A stretch of DNA of 29,183 nucleotides. Origin: an uncultured Candidatus Saccharibacteria bacterium. GTDB lineage: Bacteria > Patescibacteriota > Minisyncoccia > Phycocordibacterales > PALSA-1337. The translations under genes were made by a program, and so were the position numbers. The notes beneath the pieces are model-generated. The model was not told the origin of the DNA. It was given only the letters and a program-made list of their open reading frames with translations, and did not search any database. The DNA lies in contig CAZWGR010000001.1 of assembly GCA_964633555.1 (NCBI GenBank), forward strand, positions 1-29,183, written 5' to 3'. Below are positions 1 to 8,718 of this stretch, one piece after another; the stretch's first letter is position 1, and each line of letters begins with the position of its first letter.

Positions 1-2
1 TT

Positions 3-404
3 GTGGTTGCGGGAATTCAGGGAGTGCTCACAGGTTTCGGTTTCTTTTTATTCGGTATTCCTAATCCAGCTTTGTGGGGTAGTGTAGCGGCTATTGCATC
101 GCTTATTCCTGGTGTGGGTACTGCACTTGTTGTCGTGCCGGGTATTATATATTTGTTTGCTACCGGTGCTACAGCTTTCGCAGTTGGCTTCCTTGTATGG
201 GGAGTTGTGGCTGTTGGTCTCATTGATAACTTTTTGGGTCCTCGTATCGTTCAGCAAGGGGTGGATGTGCACGAATTCCTTATCCTTTTGTCGGTTGTTG
301 GAGGATTATCATTCTTTGGTCCGATCGGACTTATTCTTGGCCCACTCTCTTTGAGTCTTCTTTTGGCTCTCCTCGATATTTACAAACAGGTGACGGCAGA
401 GTAG
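3..404 (+). CDS. AI-2E family transporter (PerM/YdiK-like), 5'-truncated by window edge
   Basis: Hydrophobic ORF open from the window start with family-typical C-terminal motifs (SLIPGVGT, GLIDNFLGPR, GGLSFFGPIGLILGP); TAG stop. Confidence 0.85.
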   Translation: MVAGIQGVLTGFGFFLFGIPNPALWGSVAAIASLIPGVGTALVVVPGIIYLFATGATAFAVGFLVWGVVAVGLIDNFLGPRIVQQGVDVHEFLILLSVVGGLSFFGPIGLILGPLSLSLLLALLDIYKQVTAE

Positions 405-430
405 GTCTGTGATACACTCACCGAACAAAT

Positions 431-1429
431 ATGGCTTTTATAGACGAACTTACATTTCACGTTAAGGCAGGTCATGGAGGAACTGGTGTTGTGCGCTGGC
501 GCCATGAAAAGGGCCGCGAATTCGCTGGTGCCTCTGGAGGTAATGGTGGAAAGGGTGGCGATGTATACGTACGCGCTGTCCGTGATCTTGCTTTACTTAC
601 ACAATATCGAAATCAAAAAGAATTCGTCGCTGAAAACGGCGTTGATGGCATGAGTGATAGTATGTTTGGTCGCAGTGGAGCAGACCTCACAATCGATTTG
701 CCTATTGGTTCTGTTGTTACTGATCTACGAACAAATCGACCAATACATCTTTTAACTGAAGGCGAAACAGTGCGAATCCTCAAGGGTGGAAACGGTGGTC
801 TTGGTAATGAACACTTTAAAGCTTCGACAAACGTTCGTCCTGAACAATCTACTCCAGGTAAGCCTGGCGAAGAAGCTGACTTTTTTGTAGAACTACAGCT
901 CGCTGCTGATGCTGGCTTTGTAGGGCAACCAAATGCAGGTAAATCAAGTCTCCTTAATGCTTTAACAAATGCAAAAGCAAAGGTTGGTAATTATGCCTTT
1001 ACCACACTCGAGCCTAACCTCGGTGCTTTATACGGCTATGTTCTCGCTGATATTCCAGGGCTCATTGAAGGAGCTTCAGAAGGCAAAGGCTTAGGTCATG
1101 CTTTCTTGCGACATGTTAAAAGAACATCTGTTGTTGTTCATTGCGTTTCTCTTGAAAATGAAAACGTTGAAGAAGTGTATACAACAATTCGAAAGGAACT
1201 TAAAGAATACGGCAATGAACTTGAGCATAAGCCAGAAATCATTGTGCTTACAAAAACCGATATGAGTACTCCAGAGCAAGTTAAGGCTGCTGTGGCAACA
1301 ATGAAAAAGTACTCACCACACGTTTACTCGGTCTCAGTCCTCGATGATGAATCTTTGAAGCAGTTTAAAGATGTGCTCAGTGTTCATTTGCGAGACATGG
1401 TTCCAAAGAAAACTGATTCTGCGTTATAA
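431..1429 (+). CDS. obgE: GTPase ObgE/CgtA
   Basis: Gly-rich Obg fold (AGHGGTG, GGNGGKGGDV), G1 GQPNAGKSS, YAFTTLEPNLG, G3 DIPG, G4 TKTD; no extended C-terminal domain. Confidence 0.97.
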   Translation: MAFIDELTFHVKAGHGGTGVVRWRHEKGREFAGASGGNGGKGGDVYVRAVRDLALLTQYRNQKEFVAENGVDGMSDSMFGRSGADLTIDLPIGSVVTDLRTNRPIHLLTEGETVRILKGGNGGLGNEHFKASTNVRPEQSTPGKPGEEADFFVELQLAADAGFVGQPNAGKSSLLNALTNAKAKVGNYAFTTLEPNLGALYGYVLADIPGLIEGASEGKGLGHAFLRHVKRTSVVVHCVSLENENVEEVYTTIRKELKEYGNELEHKPEIIVLTKTDMSTPEQVKAAVATMKKYSPHVYSVSVLDDESLKQFKDVLSVHLRDMVPKKTDSAL

Positions 1430-1441
1430 TTTATTGCACGT

Positions 1442-2920
1442 ATGGCCCAAGAACTTATTCCAACAATTGGTCTCGAAATTCATGCAGAACTCAAGACACG
1501 ATCAAAGATGTTTTGTGGCTGCGCAAATAATCCTGACGAAGAAAAGCCTAATGCACTCGTGTGTCCTATATGTATGGGGCATCCAGGAACATTGCCTGTA
1601 CTTAACTTTGAAGCAATTCGACACGTATTGCGTGTGGGGCACGCTCTTAATGCAAAGATTGCTGACTATACTGAATGGGACAGAAAAAACTATTTTTACC
1701 CAGACATTCCAAAAGGCTATCAAATAAGTCAGTACGCATATCCGCTTGTTGAAGGTGGCGAACTCGCTGGTGTTAAAATTACACGAATTCACCTCGAAGA
1801 AGATACTGCTCAATCAACACACGATATTCACGAAAAAAGCCTCGTTAATTTTAATCGAGCTGGCGTTCCGCTCATGGAGCTCGTAACTGAGCCTGTTATT
1901 CACGATTCAGAAACAGCTGTTCGTTTTGCCGAAGAACTACAGCTCGTACTCCGCTATTTGGGAGCAGGTGATGCCCATATGGAAAAGGGTCATATGCGTG
2001 TAGAAGCAAATATCTCCGTTGCAACACGCGAAGACACTGATAATAAAAAGTTTGGTACAAAAACAGAAGTTAAAAATCTTAACTCTTTTAGAGCTGTAGA
2101 GCGAGCCATTGCTTATGAAATTAAGCGACAATCAGATTTAATTGCCCGCGGCGAAAAGGTGGTTCAAGAGACTCGTGGTTGGGATGATAGTACACAGACA
2201 ACATTCTCTCAAAGAAAGAAGGAAAGCTCACACGATTATCGATATTTTCCTGATCCCGATCTTCCTCATATGATGATTTCTGAGATCGCAGAATTTAAAC
2301 CAGAAACTCTACGCGCAACATTGCCAGAATTACCTTGGGAAAAGCGTAATCGATACGCACAAAGTTTTGGCCTTAAGCCTGAAGAAGTTGAAGTCTTTGT
2401 GACTGTTGCCGAGCTTGGTAAATTTTTTGAAAAGGTTGCACAGCTTCTTGATAATAAAAGCGAAGCGGTTAAATTGTCAGTGAACTATATTCTTACTGAC
2501 TATGTTGGCTTCATAAAAAAAGATTTCGGCGAGAATATTGCACAAGGTATTGATAAAGTTTCTTCAGAGCGCATGGCTGATATTATTAAGCTTATTCAGT
2601 CAGGCAAGCTTTCTTCTCGAGGAGCAAAAGACTTGCTCAAATATCTTTACGACACTCTCGAAGACAATTCATTGCCACCACGAACAACTGAAGAAATTGC
2701 TCAAATTCAAGGCCTTATTCAAAACAGTAATGAAGGTGAACTCAAAGCTGTATGTACAACAATTGTTGCAGCAAACCCAACCGTGGTTGCAGATTTTAAG
2801 AGTGGAAAAGCGAGTGCTTTGCAATTCTTGCTCGGACAAGCAATGAAAACTGTGAAGGCTTCAGGAAGTAGTGCAAACCCAGAATTATTGCGAAAGATAC
2901 TAACTGAACTTTTGAGCTAG
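1442..2920 (+). CDS. gatB: Asp-tRNA(Asn)/Glu-tRNA(Gln) amidotransferase subunit B
   Basis: IGLEIHAEL, KMFCGC, RKNYFYPDIPKGYQISQ, NRAGVPLMELVTEP, EVKNLNS, DYRYFPDPDL; C-terminal Yqey-like domain. Confidence 0.98.
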   Translation: MAQELIPTIGLEIHAELKTRSKMFCGCANNPDEEKPNALVCPICMGHPGTLPVLNFEAIRHVLRVGHALNAKIADYTEWDRKNYFYPDIPKGYQISQYAYPLVEGGELAGVKITRIHLEEDTAQSTHDIHEKSLVNFNRAGVPLMELVTEPVIHDSETAVRFAEELQLVLRYLGAGDAHMEKGHMRVEANISVATREDTDNKKFGTKTEVKNLNSFRAVERAIAYEIKRQSDLIARGEKVVQETRGWDDSTQTTFSQRKKESSHDYRYFPDPDLPHMMISEIAEFKPETLRATLPELPWEKRNRYAQSFGLKPEEVEVFVTVAELGKFFEKVAQLLDNKSEAVKLSVNYILTDYVGFIKKDFGENIAQGIDKVSSERMADIIKLIQSGKLSSRGAKDLLKYLYDTLEDNSLPPRTTEEIAQIQGLIQNSNEGELKAVCTTIVAANPTVVADFKSGKASALQFLLGQAMKTVKASGSSANPELLRKILTELLS

Positions 2921-2921
2921 T

Positions 2922-3575
2922 ATGGACAGCAGTACTGAAATAAAAACTGGCTTCAGCTTATGGTGGCATAAGTTTCAGGTATATGGCGGCGCTTTTTTGC
3001 TCGGCTGCATTGTGATTGTTATGTGCATCAATATGTATATTAGGGTAAGTGCTTCATCATATCTTCGTGAGCGTGATCAGGCGCCACAGGCAGACGTTGC
3101 AATTATTCTTGGTGCATCGGTTTATAATAATGGCACATTAAGTAGAGCTCTTGAAGACAGAACACTCGGTGCAGTGGCGCTCTATGAAAAGAAAGTTGTT
3201 AAAAAGATTTTAGTGAGCGCTGATAGTGTTCAAGCCGGTAGAAAAGAGGTGAATGCTGTAGTGAGTTACCTTAAAAATTATGGAATTCCCGAGGCTGATA
3301 TCGTTACGGATGAAGGGGGAATTGATACGTATCACTCAATGTACCGAGCTCGCAATGTTTACAATGTTAATTCAGCCCTGATTGTGACGCAGAAGTTCCA
3401 TGTGGCCCGTTCTATCTATATTGCACGCAATGTTGGCATAGAAGCATATGGAATTCCAACTGATAGCACCTATTCTGACTTTAAGAATTCATTCCGAGAG
3501 TTTTTTGCTGCTATCAAGGCTTTTTATGAAGTCAATAGACAAATCGTACCAGAGTATGCTACACTAAAAGCCTAG
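2922..3575 (+). CDS. SanA/YdcF (DUF218, ElyC-like) membrane-anchored protein
   Basis: N-terminal TM helix; AIILGASV, LEDR, DTYHS, IVTQKFHVAR motifs, C-terminal REFFA; starts 1 nt after the gatB stop. Confidence 0.85.
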   Translation: MDSSTEIKTGFSLWWHKFQVYGGAFLLGCIVIVMCINMYIRVSASSYLRERDQAPQADVAIILGASVYNNGTLSRALEDRTLGAVALYEKKVVKKILVSADSVQAGRKEVNAVVSYLKNYGIPEADIVTDEGGIDTYHSMYRARNVYNVNSALIVTQKFHVARSIYIARNVGIEAYGIPTDSTYSDFKNSFREFFAAIKAFYEVNRQIVPEYATLKA

Positions 3576-3628
3576 TAAGTTTCTCGATCGCTTACGGGTA
3601 ATAATAGTCAAAGACGAGGTAATTAATT

Positions 3629-3901
3629 ATGGCAAAGAAGCTATACGTTGGTGGAATTCCTTATTCAACAGATGATAACTCTCTCCGAGCACACTTTGAG
3701 GCAGCAGGAGAAGTTGAATCTGCTCAGATTATCATGGACCGAATGTCAGGCCGATCAAAGGGCTTTGGCTTCGTAGAAATGAAGTCAGAAGATGGAGCAC
3801 AGAAGGCAATTGAAATGTTCCATGGTAAGCCACTCGATGGACGAAATCTCACAGTTAACGAAGCTCGCCCAATGGAGCCTCGAGCACGACGAGACGCCTA
3901 A
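3629..3901 (+). CDS. RRM-domain RNA-binding protein
   Basis: RNP2 KLYVGGI, RNP1 KGFGFVEM, C-terminal LTVNEARP; preceded by GAGGT at 3616-3620, the only clear SD-like motif I saw in the window. Confidence 0.95.
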   Translation: MAKKLYVGGIPYSTDDNSLRAHFEAAGEVESAQIIMDRMSGRSKGFGFVEMKSEDGAQKAIEMFHGKPLDGRNLTVNEARPMEPRARRDA

Positions 3902-3915
3902 ATTGACCTATAAGT

Positions 3916-3947
3916 CACAAAAAAACCGCTCACGCGGTTTTTTTGTG
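3916..3947. terminator. Intrinsic terminator (bidirectional-type)
   Basis: Perfect 14-bp inverted repeat cacaaaaaaaccgc-tcac-gcggtttttttgtg just after the RRM gene. Confidence 0.85.
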
Positions 3948-3960
3948 GTAAACTATTGAT

Positions 3961-4452
3961 ATGAATTATGAACTTATTGTAATACTTTTTACATTATTAT
4001 TACTTCCAGGAATCATCGCTTCATTTATTCCAGGCGTTCCCGGAATGCTCTATATGTTATTTGTTGCAGCAGTCTTTGGTTTTGCAACTACATTCTCATT
4101 ACTCACAGTTAACAATCTTTTAATCCTTGGAATTATTGTTATTGCAGCGATCCTATTTGATGTCGGTGCTGGTATCATTGGTGCTCGTTATGGTGGGGCA
4201 AATATGCTATCACTTCTCGGTGGCTTTTTGGGACTCATTGTGGGAACTTTTATCATTCCGCTTCCAATTGTCGGCAGCGTTCTCGGTTTCTTCCTTGGTA
4301 TTTATATTGCAGAAATTAGTCAGCATCATAAAAGTAAAAAAGCGTGGAAAGCGGCAATCGGCGGAGTTCTCGGAACCCTTACAGGTGTGGCAGGCAATAT
4401 CGTAATGTCAGTAGTGTTCATAATTTCTTTCGTTATCTTTGCTCTTAACTAG
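3961..4452 (+). CDS. DUF456 (YqgC-like) membrane protein
   Basis: Gly-rich hydrophobic protein with family-like motifs (IPGVPG, GARYGGA, IIPLPIVGSVLG, KAAIGG). Confidence 0.75.
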   Translation: MNYELIVILFTLLLLPGIIASFIPGVPGMLYMLFVAAVFGFATTFSLLTVNNLLILGIIVIAAILFDVGAGIIGARYGGANMLSLLGGFLGLIVGTFIIPLPIVGSVLGFFLGIYIAEISQHHKSKKAWKAAIGGVLGTLTGVAGNIVMSVVFIISFVIFALN

Positions 4453-4464
4453 TAATATTGTTGT

Positions 4465-5718
4465 ATGATAAATCGTCGCTATATTCTGCCGATAATATTT
4501 TTTACTATATTTTTGGATATGCTCGGTTTTGGAATACTCATTCCGATTTTGCCGCAGATCTTTGCTAATCCAGAATCTTCGCTCTATATACTCGGTAATT
4601 CAGTGTCGATTGAAACGGGGTATGTCTTGCTTGGTATACTTACCGCAGCTTATCCATTGGGCCAGTTTGTTGCCACACCAATTTTGGGGCAGTTGTCTGA
4701 CATGTATGGTCGGAAAAAGATTCTTGCAATAGCCTTGTTTGGAACTCTCATATCGTATGTAGTTTTTGGATTCGGTGTAGTGATTAAGAGTGTCTGGCTC
4801 CTCATGATATCGCGCTTCTTTGACGGAATTACCGGAGGAAATATTTCAGTAGCACAAGCCGTAATTGCTGACAGTACTTTGCCACAAGATAGAGCAAAAA
4901 ACTTCGGCTTGATCGGAGCAGCTTTTGGACTCGGCTTTATTCTCGGTCCATTTTTAGGCGGTGTGCTTGTCGATAGTTCTATCGTTTCGTGGTTCGGCCC
5001 AACAATTCCATTCTGGTTTGCTGCAATACTTTCATTTATTAATATTATTGTCGTATGGTTTGTATTACCAGAAACATATATTCCGCAGGAAAAGACAAAA
5101 TTAGACTGGAGCAAGTCTTTAGCGAATCTTGCGCGAGCAGCAACGTTCCCAGGCTTTAGGGGAATATTTGCAACTAATTTTATTTATCAGGCAAGTTTTG
5201 CTTTCTTTACGTCATTTTTCGGAGTCTTTCTAGTCGATCGATTCATGATGACAGAAGGGCAAATAGGGAAGCACTTAGCTTTCTTGGGTATTTGTATTGT
5301 TATTACCCAGCTTACAATTACACGATTTTTGGCATCACGAGTTTCTGATTATAAAATAATTCGCACATCGCTCATCTTGGCAGGACTCATAATGTTCACC
5401 CATTATTTTGTATATGGAATTGTAGAATTGCGAATCGTTGCGGCAATGTTTGCTGTAGCAAATGGCCTTGTACTTGCGAATGTTAATGGTTTAATTTCAC
5501 GAAAAGCAGATAAAACAATACAAGGAGAAATACTTGGTATTAATGCGAGTGTCCAAGCTTTGGCACATTCAATACCACCACTCATTTCTGGCTTTGTGGT
5601 TATTACCTTTACGCCAGAAACCCCGGTTTTAGTTGCCGGGGTTCTTATGGTTATTGCTGGCCTCGTTTTTGTTACCGCTCGATATTTTTCCACCACCTCT
5701 GAATCGGTGCGCGTTTAA
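4465..5718 (+). CDS. MFS transporter, TetA/DHA1-like
   Basis: About 12 TM helices; motif A GQLSDMYGRKK, SRFFDGITGGN, motif C GAAFGLGFILGPFLGG. Confidence 0.9.
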   Translation: MINRRYILPIIFFTIFLDMLGFGILIPILPQIFANPESSLYILGNSVSIETGYVLLGILTAAYPLGQFVATPILGQLSDMYGRKKILAIALFGTLISYVVFGFGVVIKSVWLLMISRFFDGITGGNISVAQAVIADSTLPQDRAKNFGLIGAAFGLGFILGPFLGGVLVDSSIVSWFGPTIPFWFAAILSFINIIVVWFVLPETYIPQEKTKLDWSKSLANLARAATFPGFRGIFATNFIYQASFAFFTSFFGVFLVDRFMMTEGQIGKHLAFLGICIVITQLTITRFLASRVSDYKIIRTSLILAGLIMFTHYFVYGIVELRIVAAMFAVANGLVLANVNGLISRKADKTIQGEILGINASVQALAHSIPPLISGFVVITFTPETPVLVAGVLMVIAGLVFVTARYFSTTSESVRV

Positions 5719-6355
5719 TAATATCTATTGCTTCATCAAGATTGTCGGTAATGGTGTAGAGCTTAAGATCTTCAGGGTTAATTGCTTTATCTTCTTCGAG
5801 CATATGCTCTTTAATAAAGGTAACGAGGGGTGTCCAGAAGTCTGAACCCACAAGAATAATTGGCACAGCAGGAATCTTTTTTGTTTGAATAAGGGTGAGG
5901 ACTTCAAAGAATTCATCAAAAGTTCCATAGCCACCAGGAAAAACTACATAAGCTTCTGCAGCAAACGTAAGGACTGTTTTTCGAGTAAAAAAGTAAGAGA
6001 AATCCATATTCTCAACTACCCAAGGATTTGTATGTTGTTCTTTCGGAAGCTTAATTGAAATACCGAGCGATACTCCACCAGCTTCGTGCGCACCACGATT
6101 TGCTGCTTCCATAATTCCGGGGCCACCACCAGTCACCACAGCATAACCACATTCTTTTGCAATTCGTCGGGCAAGTTCACGAGCCATGAGCGAATATTTG
6201 TGATCTTCAGCAAAGCGAGCTGAGCCCATAATACTCACACTCTTTGGATATCGTTTGATAAAATCAAAACCGTTTTTAAATTCCTGAAAAATTCGAGCGA
6301 GACTCTCTACTTGATTCTTTCGAATATCGTGCTCGTTGAAGTATTGTGCATCCAT
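5672..6355 (-). CDS. LOG family (TIGR00730-like) nucleotide 5'-monophosphate phosphoribohydrolase
   Basis: SIMGSAR, TGGGPGIMEAANRGA, and the LOG signature PGGYGTFDE; 3' end overlaps the MFS gene end by 47 nt. Confidence 0.92.
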   Translation of the reverse strand: MDAQYFNEHDIRKNQVESLARIFQEFKNGFDFIKRYPKSVSIMGSARFAEDHKYSLMARELARRIAKECGYAVVTGGGPGIMEAANRGAHEAGGVSLGISIKLPKEQHTNPWVVENMDFSYFFTRKTVLTFAAEAYVVFPGGYGTFDEFFEVLTLIQTKKIPAVPIILVGSDFWTPLVTFIKEHMLEEDKAINPEDLKLYTITDNLDEAIDIIKRAPIQRWWKNIER

Positions 6356-6378
6356 AAAGACTAGTATATCATGCGCAT
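6356..6378. promoter_or_regulatory. Putative bidirectional leaderless promoter between LOG and tgt
   Basis: Minus strand TGn-TATACT (6363-6368) lies 7 nt before the LOG ATG; plus strand TATCAT (6367-6372) lies 6 nt before the tgt ATG. Confidence 0.55.
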
Positions 6379-7635
6379 ATGAAGCCAGGTTTTGAACTTG
6401 TTAAGAAATTTCCACAGGCAGAAGGAAAAGGCGATGAATATCGTACTGGCTTGGCGCGTGTGGGAACAATTAAGACTCCACACGGCGATATTCAGACTCC
6501 AGCTTTTATTGCCGTTGGAACCAAAGCCACAGTTAAAGCTCTCACTATCGAAGATATTCATCTTACAGGTGCTCAAGCTGTACTTGCGAATACATATCAT
6601 CTGTATCTTGAGCCAGGGCACAAACTTATTGATCAAGCAGGAGGCTTTGGAAAGTTTATGAATTGGAATGGTCCAACCTTTACCGACTCAGGAGGTTTTC
6701 AAGTTTTTTCTTTGGGGCAAGCATATGGCAAAGGTGTTTCAAAGGTAGCAACTACAGATGCTACACAAATTTCGAATGCAATAGATACTGATGGTCGGGA
6801 AAGTAATGGTCAGGGTTCTCTGGTTGATATTGATGAAGACGGCGTAACATTTAAATCTCATATTGATGGATCTCGTCATCGTTTTACTCCAGAACTCTCT
6901 ATGGATATTCAGCACGCTCTTGGCGCAGATATTTTCTTTGCTTTTGATGAATGTACCTCGCCCATGGCTCCACATGAATATCAGCTACAAGCTGTAGAAA
7001 GAACTCATCGCTGGGCACAGAGATCACTCGATAGACATTTGGCCAATAACTCTAAAAACCAAATGCTCTTTGGAGTAGTGCAGGGTGGTCAATATGAAGA
7101 TCTACGCCGCATGTGTGCGCGCCACCTCGGTAGCATGCCTTTTGATGGCTTCGGTATCGGAGGCTCATTTACTAAAAAAGATATCGACACTGCTGTAGGT
7201 TGGGTTTGTTCAGAATTGCCCGAGAATAAACCACGACACCTTTTGGGAATTGGTGAACCTATTGATATCTTTGGTGCTGTCGAAAATGGTATCGATACTT
7301 TTGATTGTGTGGCGCCAACTCGTATTGCCCGAAATGGAACTCTATATACCAATCGAGGAAAGATTAATATTCGCAATGCAGAGTACTCGCAGCTCCTCGA
7401 ATCTTTTGATTCAACATCGGATAGTCCAATTGCTCAAAAATATACAGCAGCATACCTAGCGCACCTATTTAGATCACATGAAATGCTCGCTGCAACACTT
7501 GCATCGATACACAATTTGCATTTCATAATTTCACTCGTCGAAAAAGTACGATTGTCGCTTCTTGATGGTACGTATACAGAATTCAAAAAGAAATTCCTAG
7601 CAGATTTCTATTCTGAAAGTTCTACTGGTTTATAA
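6379..7635 (+). CDS. tgt: tRNA-guanine(34) transglycosylase, atypical (Zn-site cysteines absent)
   Basis: ANTYHL, TDSGGFQ, FDEC, VQGG, KPRHLLGIG, DTFDCVAPTR, ARNG, IHNL; catalytic Asp residues present. Confidence 0.96.
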   Translation: MKPGFELVKKFPQAEGKGDEYRTGLARVGTIKTPHGDIQTPAFIAVGTKATVKALTIEDIHLTGAQAVLANTYHLYLEPGHKLIDQAGGFGKFMNWNGPTFTDSGGFQVFSLGQAYGKGVSKVATTDATQISNAIDTDGRESNGQGSLVDIDEDGVTFKSHIDGSRHRFTPELSMDIQHALGADIFFAFDECTSPMAPHEYQLQAVERTHRWAQRSLDRHLANNSKNQMLFGVVQGGQYEDLRRMCARHLGSMPFDGFGIGGSFTKKDIDTAVGWVCSELPENKPRHLLGIGEPIDIFGAVENGIDTFDCVAPTRIARNGTLYTNRGKINIRNAEYSQLLESFDSTSDSPIAQKYTAAYLAHLFRSHEMLAATLASIHNLHFIISLVEKVRLSLLDGTYTEFKKKFLADFYSESSTGL

Positions 7636-8666
7636 GATTCCGGTTTGCGAGTAATCCAACTTTCAATTTCTTGAGCATTTAAAAGACCCTTTTGAGCACC
7701 AACTGATAGAACTACTGACATTGGGTTAATAGGAGCCCATATAAGAGCTTCTAGAGGTGTTTTTCCAAGTGCTAGAGCAGCCACAAAAGTCGAAGCAAAA
7801 GCATCGCCGCAGCCCGTTCTTTCATAAGGTTCTCCTTGGTCAGGGTATGGAGGCATAAAATACATTTTCTGAGCTGATTCTGGACTTGTAGTGTCATACA
7901 TATAAGCTCCCTTAGGGCCATCAGTAATACATACAATCTTAGGTCCGAGCTGTGCCAAGCCTTTGAGTAAAACAGAAATCTTTGCAGAATGAAGATTGAG
8001 AATTCTGCCAGCTTCTTCCACATTCACCACAAAGACATGTGTGCGTGCATATATCTTTTTGAGTTTGTCGGTACCAAGTCGCATCTGAAATGTTCCAGGT
8101 TGAAAAGCAACTTTAATTGTTGGATACATTTCGAGCCACTCAGCAATATCATGGTGGAACGATTCAGAAGATGCGCCAAGCGAACTTAAATACACCCATG
8201 AAGGAATTTTGTGCGAAGACTGAGTAATGAGTTCTTCGGGTAAAGAATAGGGATAGGTCTGGTGTTTAACGAGTATAGTTCTTTCTGCACCATACCAGAG
8301 TACATAGTGGTGATTCGTTGAGCGACCATGATGGCGAACTACATAGGGTGTACGTACTCGCTGTTTACGTAAAGCCTCAATACAATCGTCACCATTAGTA
8401 TCGTCGCCAATGTTGCCGATAAAAGCAGTGTGAAGCCCTAGTTTAGAAAAAGCTACTGCTGCATTGGCACTATTTCCTACGCCCGGAATATTATAGGCTT
8501 CTTCATATGGAATTTTGTCGCCAAACTTAACTGATAGGGTACAGTCTTCGGGATTAACGTTGCAATGCACCTCGGCTTCTTTGAGGCGGATAAAAGTGTC
8601 GACGGTAATATCACCAATCGTTACGATATCAAACTTTTTAGAAAATAGTGAAGATAGAAGAATCAT
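7608..8666 (-). CDS. PfkB family carbohydrate kinase
   Basis: GVGNSANAAVAFSKLG, VNVEEA, ITDGPKGA, RTGCGDAF anion-hole motif. Start moved to the ATG at 8666 because the longer ORF overlaps the divergent fba start. Confidence 0.88.
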   Translation of the reverse strand: MILLSSLFSKKFDIVTIGDITVDTFIRLKEAEVHCNVNPEDCTLSVKFGDKIPYEEAYNIPGVGNSANAAVAFSKLGLHTAFIGNIGDDTNGDDCIEALRKQRVRTPYVVRHHGRSTNHHYVLWYGAERTILVKHQTYPYSLPEELITQSSHKIPSWVYLSSLGASSESFHHDIAEWLEMYPTIKVAFQPGTFQMRLGTDKLKKIYARTHVFVVNVEEAGRILNLHSAKISVLLKGLAQLGPKIVCITDGPKGAYMYDTTSPESAQKMYFMPPYPDQGEPYERTGCGDAFASTFVAALALGKTPLEALIWAPINPMSVVLSVGAQKGLLNAQEIESWITRKPESYKPVELSE

Positions 8667-8718
8667 AAGTGTGGATGTTCGTATGACATAAGTATACAGC
8701 AAATGGTACACTAGTGTT
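8667..8718. promoter_or_regulatory. Putative divergent promoters pfkB/fba
   Basis: Plus strand TGG-TACACT (8707-8712) 6 nt before the fba ATG; minus strand TATACT (8691-8696). Confidence 0.5.

Noticed and set aside
4465-5718. MFS transporter as a queuine importer for the LOG/tgt pair
   Set aside because: It carries TetA/DHA1 antiporter motif C (efflux type) and is transcribed with DUF456, not with tgt; only proximity supports the idea.
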